Assembly (NCBI GenBank): GCA_050173015.1
Contig: JBFXLE010000007.1
Location: 119,658-183,657 of the forward strand
DNA: 64,000 nucleotides
Origin: Calditrichaceae bacterium
GTDB lineage: Bacteria > Calditrichota > Calditrichia > Calditrichales > JBFXGD01
Direction: 5' to 3'
Below, one piece after another: positions 25,195 to 35,161 of the stretch (its first letter is position 1; each line of letters begins with the position of its first letter). Below the pieces are notes generated by a model that saw only the letters and a program-made list of their open reading frames with translations, searched no databases and was not told the origin of the DNA. The translations under genes and the position numbers were made by a program.

Positions 25195-25344
25195 TTATTT
25201 TGATTCTTTATGCATTGTGTGCGCGTTACATCTCGGGCAATACTTCTTGTGCTCTACACGCCCGCTGTGTAATCTTTTATTCTTTGTTGTGGAATAATTT
25301 CTTTCTTTGCACTTGGTGCATTCCAAATGTATGATATCTCTCAC
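25195..25344 (-). CDS. rpmG: 50S ribosomal protein L33 (Zn-binding form)
   Basis: Below ORF-track cutoff; translated by eye from [52 protein letters not shown]. Confidence 0.96.
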   Translation of the reverse strand: MRDIIHLECTKCKERNYSTTKNKRLHSGRVEHKKYCPRCNAHTMHKESK

Positions 25345-25362
25345 TATATACACCTATAGTTA

Positions 25363-26553
25363 TTATTGAATAATCTCGGACACAACACCGGCTCCCACCG
25401 TACGTCCGCCTTCACGGATCGCGAAACGCAATTCCTTCTCCATGGCGATCTCTTTCAGCAACTCGATCTCAACCGTTATGTTATCACCAGGCATTACCAT
25501 CTCTACGCCGGAAGGCATACTTACCATACCCGTAACATCGGTTGTACGGAAATAAAACTGCGGACGATACCCGTTAAAAAACGGAGTGTGACGCCCACCT
25601 TCTTCTTTTGTCAATACGTATACTTCACCTTTGAATTTGGTATGAGGCTTAATTGATCCGCCCTTTGCCAAAACCATACCGCGTTCAATTTCTTCTTTTG
25701 TCACACCGCGCAACAGAAGACCAACATTATCTCCCGCTTCACCGCGATCCAACAACTTGCGGAACATCTCAACACCGGTAACAACCGTCTTGCGATGAGC
25801 TCCCAAACCGATCATCTCAACTTCTTCACCAACCGTAACAACACCGCGCTCAATTCTGCCTGTGGCCACCGTACCGCGACCGGTAATCGAGAACACATCT
25901 TCAACCGGCATCAGGAACGGCTTATCAACATCACGCTGCGGAGTCGGAATATATTCGTCAACCGCCGCCATTAACTCAAAAATAGCCTTATTCGCTTCAT
26001 CATCATCCGGATTATTCAACGCGTTCAAGGCGCTGCCTTTTATGATTGGTATGTCATCACCAGGAAATTCGTATGAAGATAAAAGCTCACGCAATTCGAG
26101 CTCAACCAATTCCAACAACTCCGGATCGTCCACCTGGTCAACCTTATTCATAAATACTACGATATAAGGCACGTTTACCTGACGGGCAAGCAAAACATGC
26201 TCGCGGGTCTGCGGCATCGGACCGTCGGCGGCGCTCACTACCAGAATCGCTCCGTCCATCTGAGCAGCACCGGTAATCATATTCTTTACATAATCGGCGT
26301 GACCGGGACAGTCAACATGCGCATAATGACGATTGGCCGTCGCATACTCAACATGAGCAGTCGCGATCGTAATACCGCGTTCACGTTCTTCCGGAGCATT
26401 GTCAATACTGTCAAAACTACGGAAAGATGCTGTACCACCTTTAGCAAGCGCTTGAGTGATCGCTGCAGTTAAGGTTGTTTTACCATGATCAACGTGACCG
26501 ATGGTACCAATATTTACATGGGGCTTACTTCGATCAAATTTTTCCTTAGCCAT
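25363..26553 (-). CDS. tuf: Elongation factor Tu (tRNA-cluster copy)
   Basis: Same protein as 9789-10979 except last residue (Q vs A). Confidence 0.99.
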   Translation of the reverse strand: MAKEKFDRSKPHVNIGTIGHVDHGKTTLTAAITQALAKGGTASFRSFDSIDNAPEERERGITIATAHVEYATANRHYAHVDCPGHADYVKNMITGAAQMDGAILVVSAADGPMPQTREHVLLARQVNVPYIVVFMNKVDQVDDPELLELVELELRELLSSYEFPGDDIPIIKGSALNALNNPDDDEANKAIFELMAAVDEYIPTPQRDVDKPFLMPVEDVFSITGRGTVATGRIERGVVTVGEEVEMIGLGAHRKTVVTGVEMFRKLLDRGEAGDNVGLLLRGVTKEEIERGMVLAKGGSIKPHTKFKGEVYVLTKEEGGRHTPFFNGYRPQFYFRTTDVTGMVSMPSGVEMVMPGDNITVEIELLKEIAMEKELRFAIREGGRTVGAGVVSEIIQ

Positions 26554-26604
26554 CGCTATTCCTCCGAAAATTTAAATTTGAAAATGCGCATTACAAAAAA
26601 CCAG

Positions 26605-26677
26605 AGCCCACGACCAGGATTGAACTGGTGACCTCATCCTTACCAAGGATGTGCTCTACCGACTGAGCTACGTGGGC
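26605..26677 (-). tRNA. tRNA-Thr (GGT)
   Basis: GCCCACGTAGCTCAGTCGGTAGAGCACATCCTTGGTAAGGATGAGGTCACCAGTTCAATCCTGGTCGTGGGCT. Confidence 0.97.
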
Positions 26678-26704
26678 TTGAGCCTGATTGCGATTATCTT
26701 AGAG

Positions 26705-26778
26705 AGCGGGAGACGGGATTCGAACCCGCGACCAACAGCTTGGAAGGCTGTGACTCTAGCCAACTGAGTTACTCCCGC
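26705..26778 (-). tRNA. tRNA-Gly (TCC)
   Basis: GCGGGAGTAACTCAGTTGGCTAGAGTCACAGCCTTCCAAGCTGTTGGTCGCGGGTTCGAATCCCGTCTCCCGCT. Confidence 0.97.
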
Positions 26779-26862
26779 TTACTTTCCGTAAACCTATGCG
26801 CGGTACAAACATAACCGACAATCTGACTAGACCAACATCGTTTGAGAAGGTCTATGAGGTTG

Positions 26863-26935
26863 AGCTGGTGAGAGGACTTGAACCCCCAACCGGCTGATTA
26901 CAAATCAGCTGCTCTACCAATTGAGCTACACCAGC
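26863..26935 (-). tRNA. tRNA-Thr (TGT)
   Basis: GCTGGTGTAGCTCAATTGGTAGAGCAGCTGATTTGTAATCAGCCGGTTGGGGGTTCAAGTCCTCTCACCAGCT. Confidence 0.97.
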
Positions 26936-26972
26936 AAAACATACAAAAGTCTGATTTTTAAAACAGTTGTTT

Positions 26973-27000
26973 AATTTATAAAATATTTTTCCGAAGTCAA
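26973..27000 (-). promoter_or_regulatory. Putative sigma70 promoter of tRNA-tuf supercluster
   Basis: TTGACT-N16-TAAATT about 40 nt upstream of tRNA-Thr(TGT). Confidence 0.5.
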
Positions 27001-27211
27001 CATAAAAATTGAAAAAATGCGCAATTTTTATTAAATGTATTGAACTAAATTTTGTACACTATCCAAACGCTCAAATTAAAATGTTATTTATCAGACAGAA
27101 ACTTATTTTTTACTTTGAATGATAATAAGATTTTGAACATTTATCCGCCAAAAAATTTTTTGCTTTAACAAGACCACATACCAGATAAGATCTGAGCATC
27201 TAATAAATTAT

Positions 27212-27240
27212 TTGACATGATAGTTTTAATCGATTAAATT
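27212..27240 (+). promoter_or_regulatory. Putative sigma70 promoter of rpsT
   Basis: TTGACA-N17-TAAATT. Confidence 0.65.
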
Positions 27241-27292
27241 AATTGATTATTTTAAAATTTACAAACAAATTTTTAAAGGAGAAGGTGGATTC

Positions 27293-27544
27293 ATGGCTCA
27301 CCATAAATCAGCTATCAAAAGAATTAAAACTTCTGAAGCAGCACGCTTGGTTAACCGGCAGCATAAAAGTCGTATCAGAACGGCTATTAAATCAGTATTA
27401 GGCGCAGAGAACAAAGAAGCCGGTGAATCCAGACTAAAAGAAACTTATGCTCTTTTAGATAAATTAGCCACAAAAGGCATCATCCATAAAAATAAAGCCG
27501 CCAATCAAAAATCACGTCTGGCTAAATTTATCAGTAATTTATAA
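27293..27544 (+). CDS. rpsT: 30S ribosomal protein S20
   Basis: MAHHKSAIKRIK, KGIIHKNKAANQKSRL. Confidence 0.98.
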   Translation: MAHHKSAIKRIKTSEAARLVNRQHKSRIRTAIKSVLGAENKEAGESRLKETYALLDKLATKGIIHKNKAANQKSRLAKFISNL

Positions 27545-27577
27545 TAAAAAATCCGCTCTAAGCGGATTTTTTATTAT
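27541..27577. terminator. Bidirectional intrinsic terminator between convergent rpsT and lon
   Basis: Perfect 17-bp inverted repeat ATAATAAAAAATCCGCT-cta-AGCGGATTTTTTATTAT with T-tracts on both strands; the loop is the lon stop codon. Confidence 0.8.
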
Positions 27578-29900
27578 TGAATATAATTCTGTATACCTGA
27601 TCAAAATGCTTTACAAACTTTAGTTCAATTCCTTCATATACCTGCGCTTCCATATCCTTGATGTCGCTTTTATTCTCTTCCGGAAGAATAATTGTTTTTA
27701 TACCATGTCTTTTAGCGGCAAGCAATTTTTCATTTAATCCGCCAACAGCCAGTATATTTCCTCGCAGAGTTATTTCCCCCGTCATAGCGATATCCGTTGG
27801 ATAAGCGACATTTTTCAATGCTGAAATGACAGCTGTCGTAAGGGTTATACCAGCTGAAGGACCATCTTTAGGGACGGCGCCTTCGGGTAGATGAATATGA
27901 ACATCGTATTTGTTGATAAATTCCGGATCGATATTATATTTTTTACTGCGGGACCGGATATAACTCATAGCGATTACGGCTGATTCCTGCATCACATCTC
28001 CCAGCTTACCGGTGAGCGTCAATTTATCCTTACCCTGAAGAAGATTCACTTCGATCCTGAGAATATCGCCACCATAAGATGTCCACGCGAGTCCTGTTGC
28101 AACCCCTATTTCACCGTTGCTCTTTAATCCCCTCGATGGATATTTGGGTTCACCTAAATATTTTTTCAGGTTTTTCAAAGCCACATTAATTTCTTTTTTT
28201 CTTTTGTTTTTCAGCAGTTCCATGACTGCCTGCCGGCAAATTTTGCTTATTTGCCTCTCCAAATTACGTACTCCGGCTTCCATCGTATAATTGACGATGA
28301 TCTCATTGATAGACTCATCATCGATTTGAAATTCACCTTTTTCCAAACCGTGAATTTTCATCTGCTTGGCTATCAAATGTTTCCGGGCAATCTGCAGTTT
28401 TTCGAAATCCTGATATCCCGGCAGCTCAATAATCTCCATACGATCCAGCAACGCATCCGGTATATCGTAGGGATTATTCGCGGTTACGATAAACATGACA
28501 TTGGAAAGACTATATTCGACTTCAAGATAGTGATCCATGAAACTTTTGTTTTGCTCAGGGTCGAGGACTTCAAGAAGCGCGGAGGCAGGATCACCATGGT
28601 AATCATGCCCAAGTTTGTCCACTTCATCAAGCAAAAAGACCGGATTTTTCACACCGGCTTTTTTCATCCCCTGAATTATTTTTCCGGGCATTGAACCAAT
28701 ATAGGTTCTCCTGTGCCCTCGGATTTCGGCCTCATCATGTACACCACCGAGCGAAATCCGTATGAACTCCCTGTTCATGGATCGGGCGATTGATTTTCCG
28801 AGCGATGTTTTTCCGACACCCGGGGGGCCGGCAAGACATAATATCGCTCCCTGCATTTTTTTAACCCTCTGCAGGACCGCGATATATTCCAGAATTCTTT
28901 TTTTGGGTTTTTCCAACCCGTGATGATCTTCATCGAGGATTTTCTGCGCGGCAGTTATACTCGTTGTATCATTTGTCATTTTGTTCCATGGCACCGAAAC
29001 CAGCCACTCTATATACGTCCTGATGACATTCGATTCCGGTGATAATTGCGGAATCTTTGCAAAACGCTGTAACTCCTCCATCGCCTTCGCGTGAACATCG
29101 GCTGGCATGGACGCGCTTTTTATTTTCTTCTTTAAGTGATGTATTTCCAGGGCAATTTCATCTTCTTCGCCCAGTTCATCCCGGATGATTCTCATCTGTT
29201 CCTGGAGATAAAAATTTCGCTGCGATTTCATCATTTCATCACGAACTCTGCCATCAAGGTCCGTTTTAATTGTCAGAACCTGATTTTCTTTTCGTAACAG
29301 CTGCAGCAGATGATCCAGACGGGCTTCATAATCCCATCTTTCAAGAAGTTTTTGTTTTTCCGCGATTCGAACATCAAGATAGGTCGCGACAAAATCAATT
29401 ATTTTTTCTGCTTCTTCCAATTGATTAAAAGAAAACAGGATTTCTTCAGGGATTTCATCATTCATCTTTATATAATCTTTAAAAAGCTCGCTAAGCTGGC
29501 GCCTCTTTGCTTCCATCTCTTCTGTTACATCAATAATATCAGGAGGTAAATCCAACTTTGCCTCAATAAATTTTTTCTTTTCACGATAGCGTGATACCTT
29601 TGCCCTGGCAACACCCTCAACAAGAATTTTAATTAGACCATTCGGTAATTTTACCATCTGGAGTATCTGGCCGACCACGCCAACCCTGAACAGATCTTTG
29701 GGATGAACATCTTCCAAAAGTGAATCTTTCTGGGCCACTAAAAATATACTTTTATTATCCAGCATGGCCAGCTCGATGGACTCAATGGACTGTTTCCTGC
29801 CGACAATCAGCGGAACAACCATGTGCGGAAAAACAACAAGATCTTTTAACGGCAATACATGAAAAATCTTTTTGTTAAGCAGATTTGATTCTCTTGGCAT
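27558..29900 (-). CDS. lon: ATP-dependent Lon protease
   Basis: GPPGVGKTS, GHRRTYIG, PKDGPSAG catalytic Ser. Confidence 0.98.
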   Translation of the reverse strand: MPRESNLLNKKIFHVLPLKDLVVFPHMVVPLIVGRKQSIESIELAMLDNKSIFLVAQKDSLLEDVHPKDLFRVGVVGQILQMVKLPNGLIKILVEGVARAKVSRYREKKKFIEAKLDLPPDIIDVTEEMEAKRRQLSELFKDYIKMNDEIPEEILFSFNQLEEAEKIIDFVATYLDVRIAEKQKLLERWDYEARLDHLLQLLRKENQVLTIKTDLDGRVRDEMMKSQRNFYLQEQMRIIRDELGEEDEIALEIHHLKKKIKSASMPADVHAKAMEELQRFAKIPQLSPESNVIRTYIEWLVSVPWNKMTNDTTSITAAQKILDEDHHGLEKPKKRILEYIAVLQRVKKMQGAILCLAGPPGVGKTSLGKSIARSMNREFIRISLGGVHDEAEIRGHRRTYIGSMPGKIIQGMKKAGVKNPVFLLDEVDKLGHDYHGDPASALLEVLDPEQNKSFMDHYLEVEYSLSNVMFIVTANNPYDIPDALLDRMEIIELPGYQDFEKLQIARKHLIAKQMKIHGLEKGEFQIDDESINEIIVNYTMEAGVRNLERQISKICRQAVMELLKNKRKKEINVALKNLKKYLGEPKYPSRGLKSNGEIGVATGLAWTSYGGDILRIEVNLLQGKDKLTLTGKLGDVMQESAVIAMSYIRSRSKKYNIDPEFINKYDVHIHLPEGAVPKDGPSAGITLTTAVISALKNVAYPTDIAMTGEITLRGNILAVGGLNEKLLAAKRHGIKTIILPEENKSDIKDMEAQVYEGIELKFVKHFDQVYRIIFNNKKSA

Positions 29901-29924
29901 GTATACTCTTTGTCCTTTTATTTC

Positions 29925-29952
29925 AAAAAAAAAGCGGAGCCAAGCCCCGCTC
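29925..29952 (-). terminator. Intrinsic terminator after clpX
   Basis: Minus strand AGCGGGGC-TTG-GCTCCGCT followed by long T run. Confidence 0.75.
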
Positions 29953-29974
29953 TATATTTGTCTTCAAATAAAAT

Positions 29975-31222
29975 TTATGCGCTTTGCTTTGAAGAAGAAT
30001 ATTCAAATTTCGGTTCTTCCTGCTTCATAACCGAATTGTAGGTTATTGTAACTGATTTTAATTTGGTCATTGATGGCACTTTAAACATCACATCAAGCAT
30101 GATATTTTCAAGTATGGAACGAAGCGCGCGCGCGCCTGTTTTACGTTTCATTGCCAGTTCAACAACGCCGCGGAGAGCTTTATCATCAAAGATCAGCTCC
30201 ACACCTTCCATCTCCATCAGTTTCTTGTATTGTTTAACCAGTGCATTTTTCGTATCAGTCAAAATGGAATACAACGCTTTTTCGTCCAGTTCGTTCAATG
30301 ACCCCAAAACCGGTAACCGACCGATGAGCTCCGGAATCAGACCGTATTGCAACATATCTTCCGGTTCAACCATGCTGTATAACTGCCCTTTGGACAAGGC
30401 GTTTTTACTATTGAGATCTTTTTCAAAACCGATATTCTTTTCGCCGACTCTTCTCCTGACGATATCTTCGAGCCCCTCGAACGCGCCGCCGCAAATAAAA
30501 AGAATATTTTTTGTGTCAACATTTATTAGATTTTGTTCAGGATGCTTTCTTCCACCCTTAGGAGGTATGCTTGACACCGTTCCTTCAAGCATTTTTAAGA
30601 TGGCCTGCTGAACACCCTCACCGGAAACATCCCGCGTAATAGAAGGATTACCGTCTTTACGGGCTATTTTATCAATTTCATCAATATATACAATTCCCCG
30701 CTGGGTCTGCTCAAGATTATAATTGGCCGCCTGATATAGACGGACAAGAATATTTTCAACATCCTCACCGACGTATCCTGCCTCTGTTAATACCGTCGCA
30801 TCTGCAATGGAAAACGGTACCTTCAGAACACGGGCCAGCGTTTGGGCAAGCAGTGTTTTTCCCGTTCCCGTCGGACCAAGCAGAAGAATATTGCTCTTCT
30901 CGATCTCAACATCAGAGACTTCTGTCCCGGTATTAATTCTTTTATAGTGATTATAGACCGCGACGGATAATATGGTCTTCGCCCGATCCTGTCCGATCAC
31001 ATATCTATCCAGTTCCGATTTAATATCAGCCGGCGGTACCAGCCGGTGTTCATCCAGCAAATTCGATTCTTTTTTGTGCCGGGCAATAATCTCCGTAGCG
31101 CTGCGGACACAATCATTACAAATATGTACATCCGGACCGGAAATCAAACTTTCAACTTCCTCAGCCGATCTGCCGCAGAATGAACAACGATATACGGGAT
31201 TCCGTAGATTCCTTCTACTCAT
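29975..31222 (-). CDS. clpX: ATP-dependent Clp protease ATP-binding subunit ClpX
   Basis: CSFC..ICNDC Zn finger, [11 protein letters not shown] loop; start set to ATG 31222 (MSRRNL). Confidence 0.98.
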   Translation of the reverse strand: MSRRNLRNPVYRCSFCGRSAEEVESLISGPDVHICNDCVRSATEIIARHKKESNLLDEHRLVPPADIKSELDRYVIGQDRAKTILSVAVYNHYKRINTGTEVSDVEIEKSNILLLGPTGTGKTLLAQTLARVLKVPFSIADATVLTEAGYVGEDVENILVRLYQAANYNLEQTQRGIVYIDEIDKIARKDGNPSITRDVSGEGVQQAILKMLEGTVSSIPPKGGRKHPEQNLINVDTKNILFICGGAFEGLEDIVRRRVGEKNIGFEKDLNSKNALSKGQLYSMVEPEDMLQYGLIPELIGRLPVLGSLNELDEKALYSILTDTKNALVKQYKKLMEMEGVELIFDDKALRGVVELAMKRKTGARALRSILENIMLDVMFKVPSMTKLKSVTITYNSVMKQEEPKFEYSSSKQSA

Positions 31223-31838
31223 TCTTTTTCTTTCCCTTTTCTTTTGAATTAGATCTGGGTTCCAGCACTTTATCGATGATTCCGTAATCCAGCGCCTCCT
31301 GAGAAGACATAAAATAATTTCTGTCCGTATCCTTCTCAATCTGGTTTACTGTTTTACCTGTGGAATCTGCCAGAATTTTATTAAGAATCGCCCGGATACG
31401 CAGAATCTCATTTGCCGCGATCTGAATATCCGACGCCTGCCCCTCTGCGCCTCCAAGAGGTTGATGAATCATAATTCTGGAATGCGGAAGCGCGTATCGT
31501 TTTCCTTTGGTGCCCGCGGCAAGCAATACCGCGCCCATACTCGCGGCCTGTCCCATACAGGTGGTCACGACATCAGGTTTAATATATTTAATCGTATCAT
31601 AAATTGCCAGTCCCGAGGAAACAATACCTCCCGGCGAATTAACATAAAGGAAAATATCCTTATCCGGATCTTCCGCTTCAAGGAACAATAGCTGGGAAAT
31701 GATGAGACTTGAAATATTATCATCAATCGGCGTACCCAAAAATATAATCCGTTCCTTTAACAATCTCGAATAAATGTCATAGGCGCGTTCACCACGCCCC
31801 GTTTGCTCTATAACCATGGGGATGAGAGTCATGCTCAA
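31215..31838 (-). CDS. clpP: ATP-dependent Clp protease proteolytic subunit
   Basis: [28 protein letters not shown]. Confidence 0.98.
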   Translation of the reverse strand: MSMTLIPMVIEQTGRGERAYDIYSRLLKERIIFLGTPIDDNISSLIISQLLFLEAEDPDKDIFLYVNSPGGIVSSGLAIYDTIKYIKPDVVTTCMGQAASMGAVLLAAGTKGKRYALPHSRIMIHQPLGGAEGQASDIQIAANEILRIRAILNKILADSTGKTVNQIEKDTDRNYFMSSQEALDYGIIDKVLEPRSNSKEKGKKKNE

Positions 31839-31920
31839 TCCTTTCCTGCGTTCATTTTAGTACATCGTAAAATACATCGCCTTATTCAGTTCATTGCAAA
31901 TATAAAAAGAATCAAGATGT

Positions 31921-33180
31921 TTAATCCAGCTTGATCTCATTATCTTTGACTTTGCTGTTTTCCACAAGGAAATCATAGATTTTCTTGTCTGCAAGGTCTT
32001 CCCTGACTCTTTCCATCAAACCCGGATTGGATTCATAGATTTCCCGAACTTTTTCATCCTTTAGATTTTCCATGAATTTCTTAATATCAGTGTCTTCGAC
32101 TTCAATCTTCTCTTCTTTAGCAATTTGATCTTTCAGGTAATGCCATTTGATATTAAAAAGCGCTTCAGACTCATAGTGCTGACGAATCGCGTCTTCTTTT
32201 AATTTCGGATCACGGGTTTTTACATCTTTCACGATATGATTTAAATAATTTTCGATTAATGCTTTTGGCACATCAAAAGGATTCTCATCGAGAAGTTTTT
32301 GGGATAATTCCTGCGCGAACCGCGCATCCGCTTCGTGCTGATAATCATGTTCCAGACGTTCCCTGGTGAATTTTCTTAAATCGTCAACCGTTTGCATTTC
32401 GCCGCCCAGCTCTTTAACAAATTCTTCATTAAGCTCAGGCAGCTCCTCTTTTAAAACATTTTTGATAGTAATTGAATATGATTCTTTCTTACCGGCCATT
32501 TCCTTCTGAGGAAAATCTTCTGGATATGTTTTGCTGATTGTTTTAGTGTCGCCATTTTTTAGTCCCAGCAACTGTTCCTCCAGATCCGGATCAAACCGAC
32601 CTTCACCGATACTGACCTGAATATCTTTGTATTTGCGACCAACAACCGGTTTGCCTTCAGAGTCTAATTCCTGCATATCCAAGGTGACGATATGGCTGTT
32701 CTCAATCGCGTTTTCTACCGGAACTCTGGTTGCTTTTTCTTTTAACAGTTTTCCAATTGTTTCATCTACAAATTTATCTGTTATTTCATATTTATCTTTG
32801 GTGAATTCAAAACCCTTATATCCATTCAGCTCTATTTCCGGATAAGTATCTACATCGATGACAATCTCAAGATTGCCTTCTTTGTTATATTCCACTTTTT
32901 TGGCTTCAGGGGTGCCGACCACATCAATTTTATGCTCTTCAACCGACTGCTGTAGCGCTTCCTGAACTGCCGCTTCCAGAGTATAAGCCTCAATCGCATC
33001 GGCATACTGCCTTTTCACCAGAGAAAGAGGCGCTTTTCCCTTACGAAATCCCGGATACTGAACTTCTTTCTGAACCTGCTTTGTTTCTTTTACGCGAAGC
33101 GGTTCCAGATCACTTTTATCCATTTTTATATTTAGTTCTTTTCTGCAACTGGATATTTTTTTAACTTCACTGCTGACCAT
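31921..33180 (-). CDS. tig: Trigger factor
   Basis: GFRKGKAP ribosome-binding motif, FKBP-like middle; tig-clpP-clpX synteny. Confidence 0.93.
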   Translation of the reverse strand: MVSSEVKKISSCRKELNIKMDKSDLEPLRVKETKQVQKEVQYPGFRKGKAPLSLVKRQYADAIEAYTLEAAVQEALQQSVEEHKIDVVGTPEAKKVEYNKEGNLEIVIDVDTYPEIELNGYKGFEFTKDKYEITDKFVDETIGKLLKEKATRVPVENAIENSHIVTLDMQELDSEGKPVVGRKYKDIQVSIGEGRFDPDLEEQLLGLKNGDTKTISKTYPEDFPQKEMAGKKESYSITIKNVLKEELPELNEEFVKELGGEMQTVDDLRKFTRERLEHDYQHEADARFAQELSQKLLDENPFDVPKALIENYLNHIVKDVKTRDPKLKEDAIRQHYESEALFNIKWHYLKDQIAKEEKIEVEDTDIKKFMENLKDEKVREIYESNPGLMERVREDLADKKIYDFLVENSKVKDNEIKLD

Positions 33181-33225
33181 TCCTTCAAATTCCTCCTGAA
33201 AGTATAAATTAAAATCAATCTTAGT

Positions 33226-33254
33226 AATTTAGCTTGAATCATTGCTAAATGCAA
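33226..33254 (-). promoter_or_regulatory. Putative sigma70 promoter of tig
   Basis: TTGCAT-N17-TAAATT. Confidence 0.5.
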
Positions 33255-33293
33255 ATTTATCATATGCTCTCCAGCCCGCGTATATCAATGATA

Positions 33294-34064
33294 TTAAAAC
33301 AAAAACTCAAGCCCGTTTGATATTTCCAAATCGCTGTTTTTGACCTCCCCGGGAGGGTTATTATCGTACCTGTGGTTAATCATGACCGCGATACTCAAAC
33401 GACTGTTGATAGTAAATGAGATGTTGCCTTCCGATAGAATCCTGTAATCTGAAAAATCTTCAAAAGCCGCCTGAAAGTAACTAATCAACTGAAACCGCAC
33501 CCGTTCATCCTTTTTCCAGAACAAACCAAGATAGTTAGTCGTTCTAATCAGACTTTTTTCAGGTTCGATATCATCATTATACGATTCATTTTCAAACATT
33601 ATTCCTGTACCAAGATATGTTTTCAGCTCCTGCGCATCATTTCCGGCGGGTTTCTTTTGAAGAATAGTGAATCTCAATCCTGTACCTGCCAAATTACGGT
33701 CACTCAGCATAATAAATTCATCATATTCTTTCTGAAGGAACGATTCCGCTGCTACTTTATTGTTTAGGGTTTTCTGCCCTCTTAAATGTATAAATCCTTT
33801 ATTAGTATAACGTCTGTCGTCTTTTTCTCCCTGCTGGTAATCCAAAACGCCGAAGAAATGATACTCGCCACGCAAGTAATCGCTTCGAAGTCCCGTTTTT
33901 ATTTTATACAGATTTGTGTTTCCGGACTGATATGAAATGCTAAAATTTGCTTTGTTGTGGAGCCCCGGGGAAACTTTAAACTTTCTAAGCGCTTCCGTGT
34001 TTACCTGCGCTTTCAGGAGAGAGCAGGAAATCATCACTAATAGTACTATTTTAATAATCCGCAT
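33294..34064 (-). CDS. Outer-membrane beta-barrel protein, DUF481-like
   Basis: Signal peptide, SGNT motif, amphipathic beta strands, C-terminal Phe. Confidence 0.7.
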   Translation of the reverse strand: MRIIKIVLLVMISCSLLKAQVNTEALRKFKVSPGLHNKANFSISYQSGNTNLYKIKTGLRSDYLRGEYHFFGVLDYQQGEKDDRRYTNKGFIHLRGQKTLNNKVAAESFLQKEYDEFIMLSDRNLAGTGLRFTILQKKPAGNDAQELKTYLGTGIMFENESYNDDIEPEKSLIRTTNYLGLFWKKDERVRFQLISYFQAAFEDFSDYRILSEGNISFTINSRLSIAVMINHRYDNNPPGEVKNSDLEISNGLEFLF

Positions 34065-34135
34065 AATCCTTTACCATTTTTGAATTAATCTTTTTATGAA
34101 TTGAATAAATCAGCCAACCGACCGTTACAATCTTC

Positions 34136-35149
34136 CTATATTTTTACAACGACCTTTCCCATGCTGTTGCGGGATTCAATAAACCGGTGTGATGCCGGTA
34201 AATCATTGAACGAAAACACCTTGCCTATGACCGGTCTGATATTATGGTTTATAACAAAAGCTTTTAAATCACCATATATCTCGCTCATTTTATCAGGATC
34301 ATCCAGGAGATATCCAAGATGCGTGGCCATCACCCCGGTTGATTTCATCGCCATTTTAACCACACTTGCCGAGGGGACATCCCTCCAGGTTTTCCACCAT
34401 GAGACCGGATTCCATTTTTTCAGATCGAGACTGGCAAATCCGGCAACAATCATTCTGCCAAACGGGTTTAATAAATTCATACCGTTCTTATAAACAGTTC
34501 CACCGACGAGATCGAGAACAGCATCCACACCGGGTAGCGTTTCTGAAATTTCCCTGAAATAATCCTTCTTCCTGTAATTAAATCCCTTTTTGGCGCCAAG
34601 CGACTCTATAAGCTCGATTTTTTCATCATTGCCAACCATCCCGTAAACTTTACATCCAAATGCCGACGCAAGCTGAACGGCCGCCGTACCCACTCCGCCT
34701 GCCGCCGCAGTGATCAAAACAGATTCATTCGGTCGTAGTCGCCCCATTTCAAACAATGCTACCCACGCGGTCATATAATTAACTGGAAACGCAGCATTTT
34801 CTTCCGGTGAAAACTTATCAATACCGCTAAGCGCCCTCTGCGAACCAACTACAACTTTTTCCGCGTAACAGCCATATTGTGTGCCGATTACGACCTTTTC
34901 ACCGATCCGGGAAGAATCAATACCATCCCCCACTGCAGTGATCGTCCCACTCGCCTCCATTCCCGGAATATACGGGCGTTTTGGCGCCCAGCCATACAGT
35001 CCTTTACGGGAGAGAATTTCAGCATAATTTATTCCAATACAATCAACCGCCACCTGCACCTGGCCGGCCATAGGCACAGGATCATCTGTACGGGACATCT
35101 TCAAAACTTCCGGAGAACCTGTTTTCTTTAGAAAATAAGCGTTCATCAC
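34136..35149 (-). CDS. MDR-family NADPH:quinone oxidoreductase (VAT-1/QOR-like)
   Basis: GINYAE..R.GLY, PGMEASG, AAAGGVG, GKVVV. Confidence 0.9.
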   Translation of the reverse strand: MMNAYFLKKTGSPEVLKMSRTDDPVPMAGQVQVAVDCIGINYAEILSRKGLYGWAPKRPYIPGMEASGTITAVGDGIDSSRIGEKVVIGTQYGCYAEKVVVGSQRALSGIDKFSPEENAAFPVNYMTAWVALFEMGRLRPNESVLITAAAGGVGTAAVQLASAFGCKVYGMVGNDEKIELIESLGAKKGFNYRKKDYFREISETLPGVDAVLDLVGGTVYKNGMNLLNPFGRMIVAGFASLDLKKWNPVSWWKTWRDVPSASVVKMAMKSTGVMATHLGYLLDDPDKMSEIYGDLKAFVINHNIRPVIGKVFSFNDLPASHRFIESRNSMGKVVVKI

Positions 35150-35161
35150 TTTGAATCCTTC

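Noticed and set aside
196-26472. Many plus-strand ORFs (60-206 aa) antisense to ribosomal, rpoBC and tuf genes
   Set aside because: Shadow ORFs of conserved coding strands; no motifs or independent signals
26779-26862. Hammerhead ribozyme or intact tRNA-Tyr in the tRNA spacer
   Set aside because: No CUGANGA/GAAA core, no TpsiC loop or GTA anticodon arm
31223-31339. 39-aa N-terminal extension of ClpX in the ORF track
   Set aside because: Lies inside clpP in another frame; ATG 31222 gives a normal ClpX
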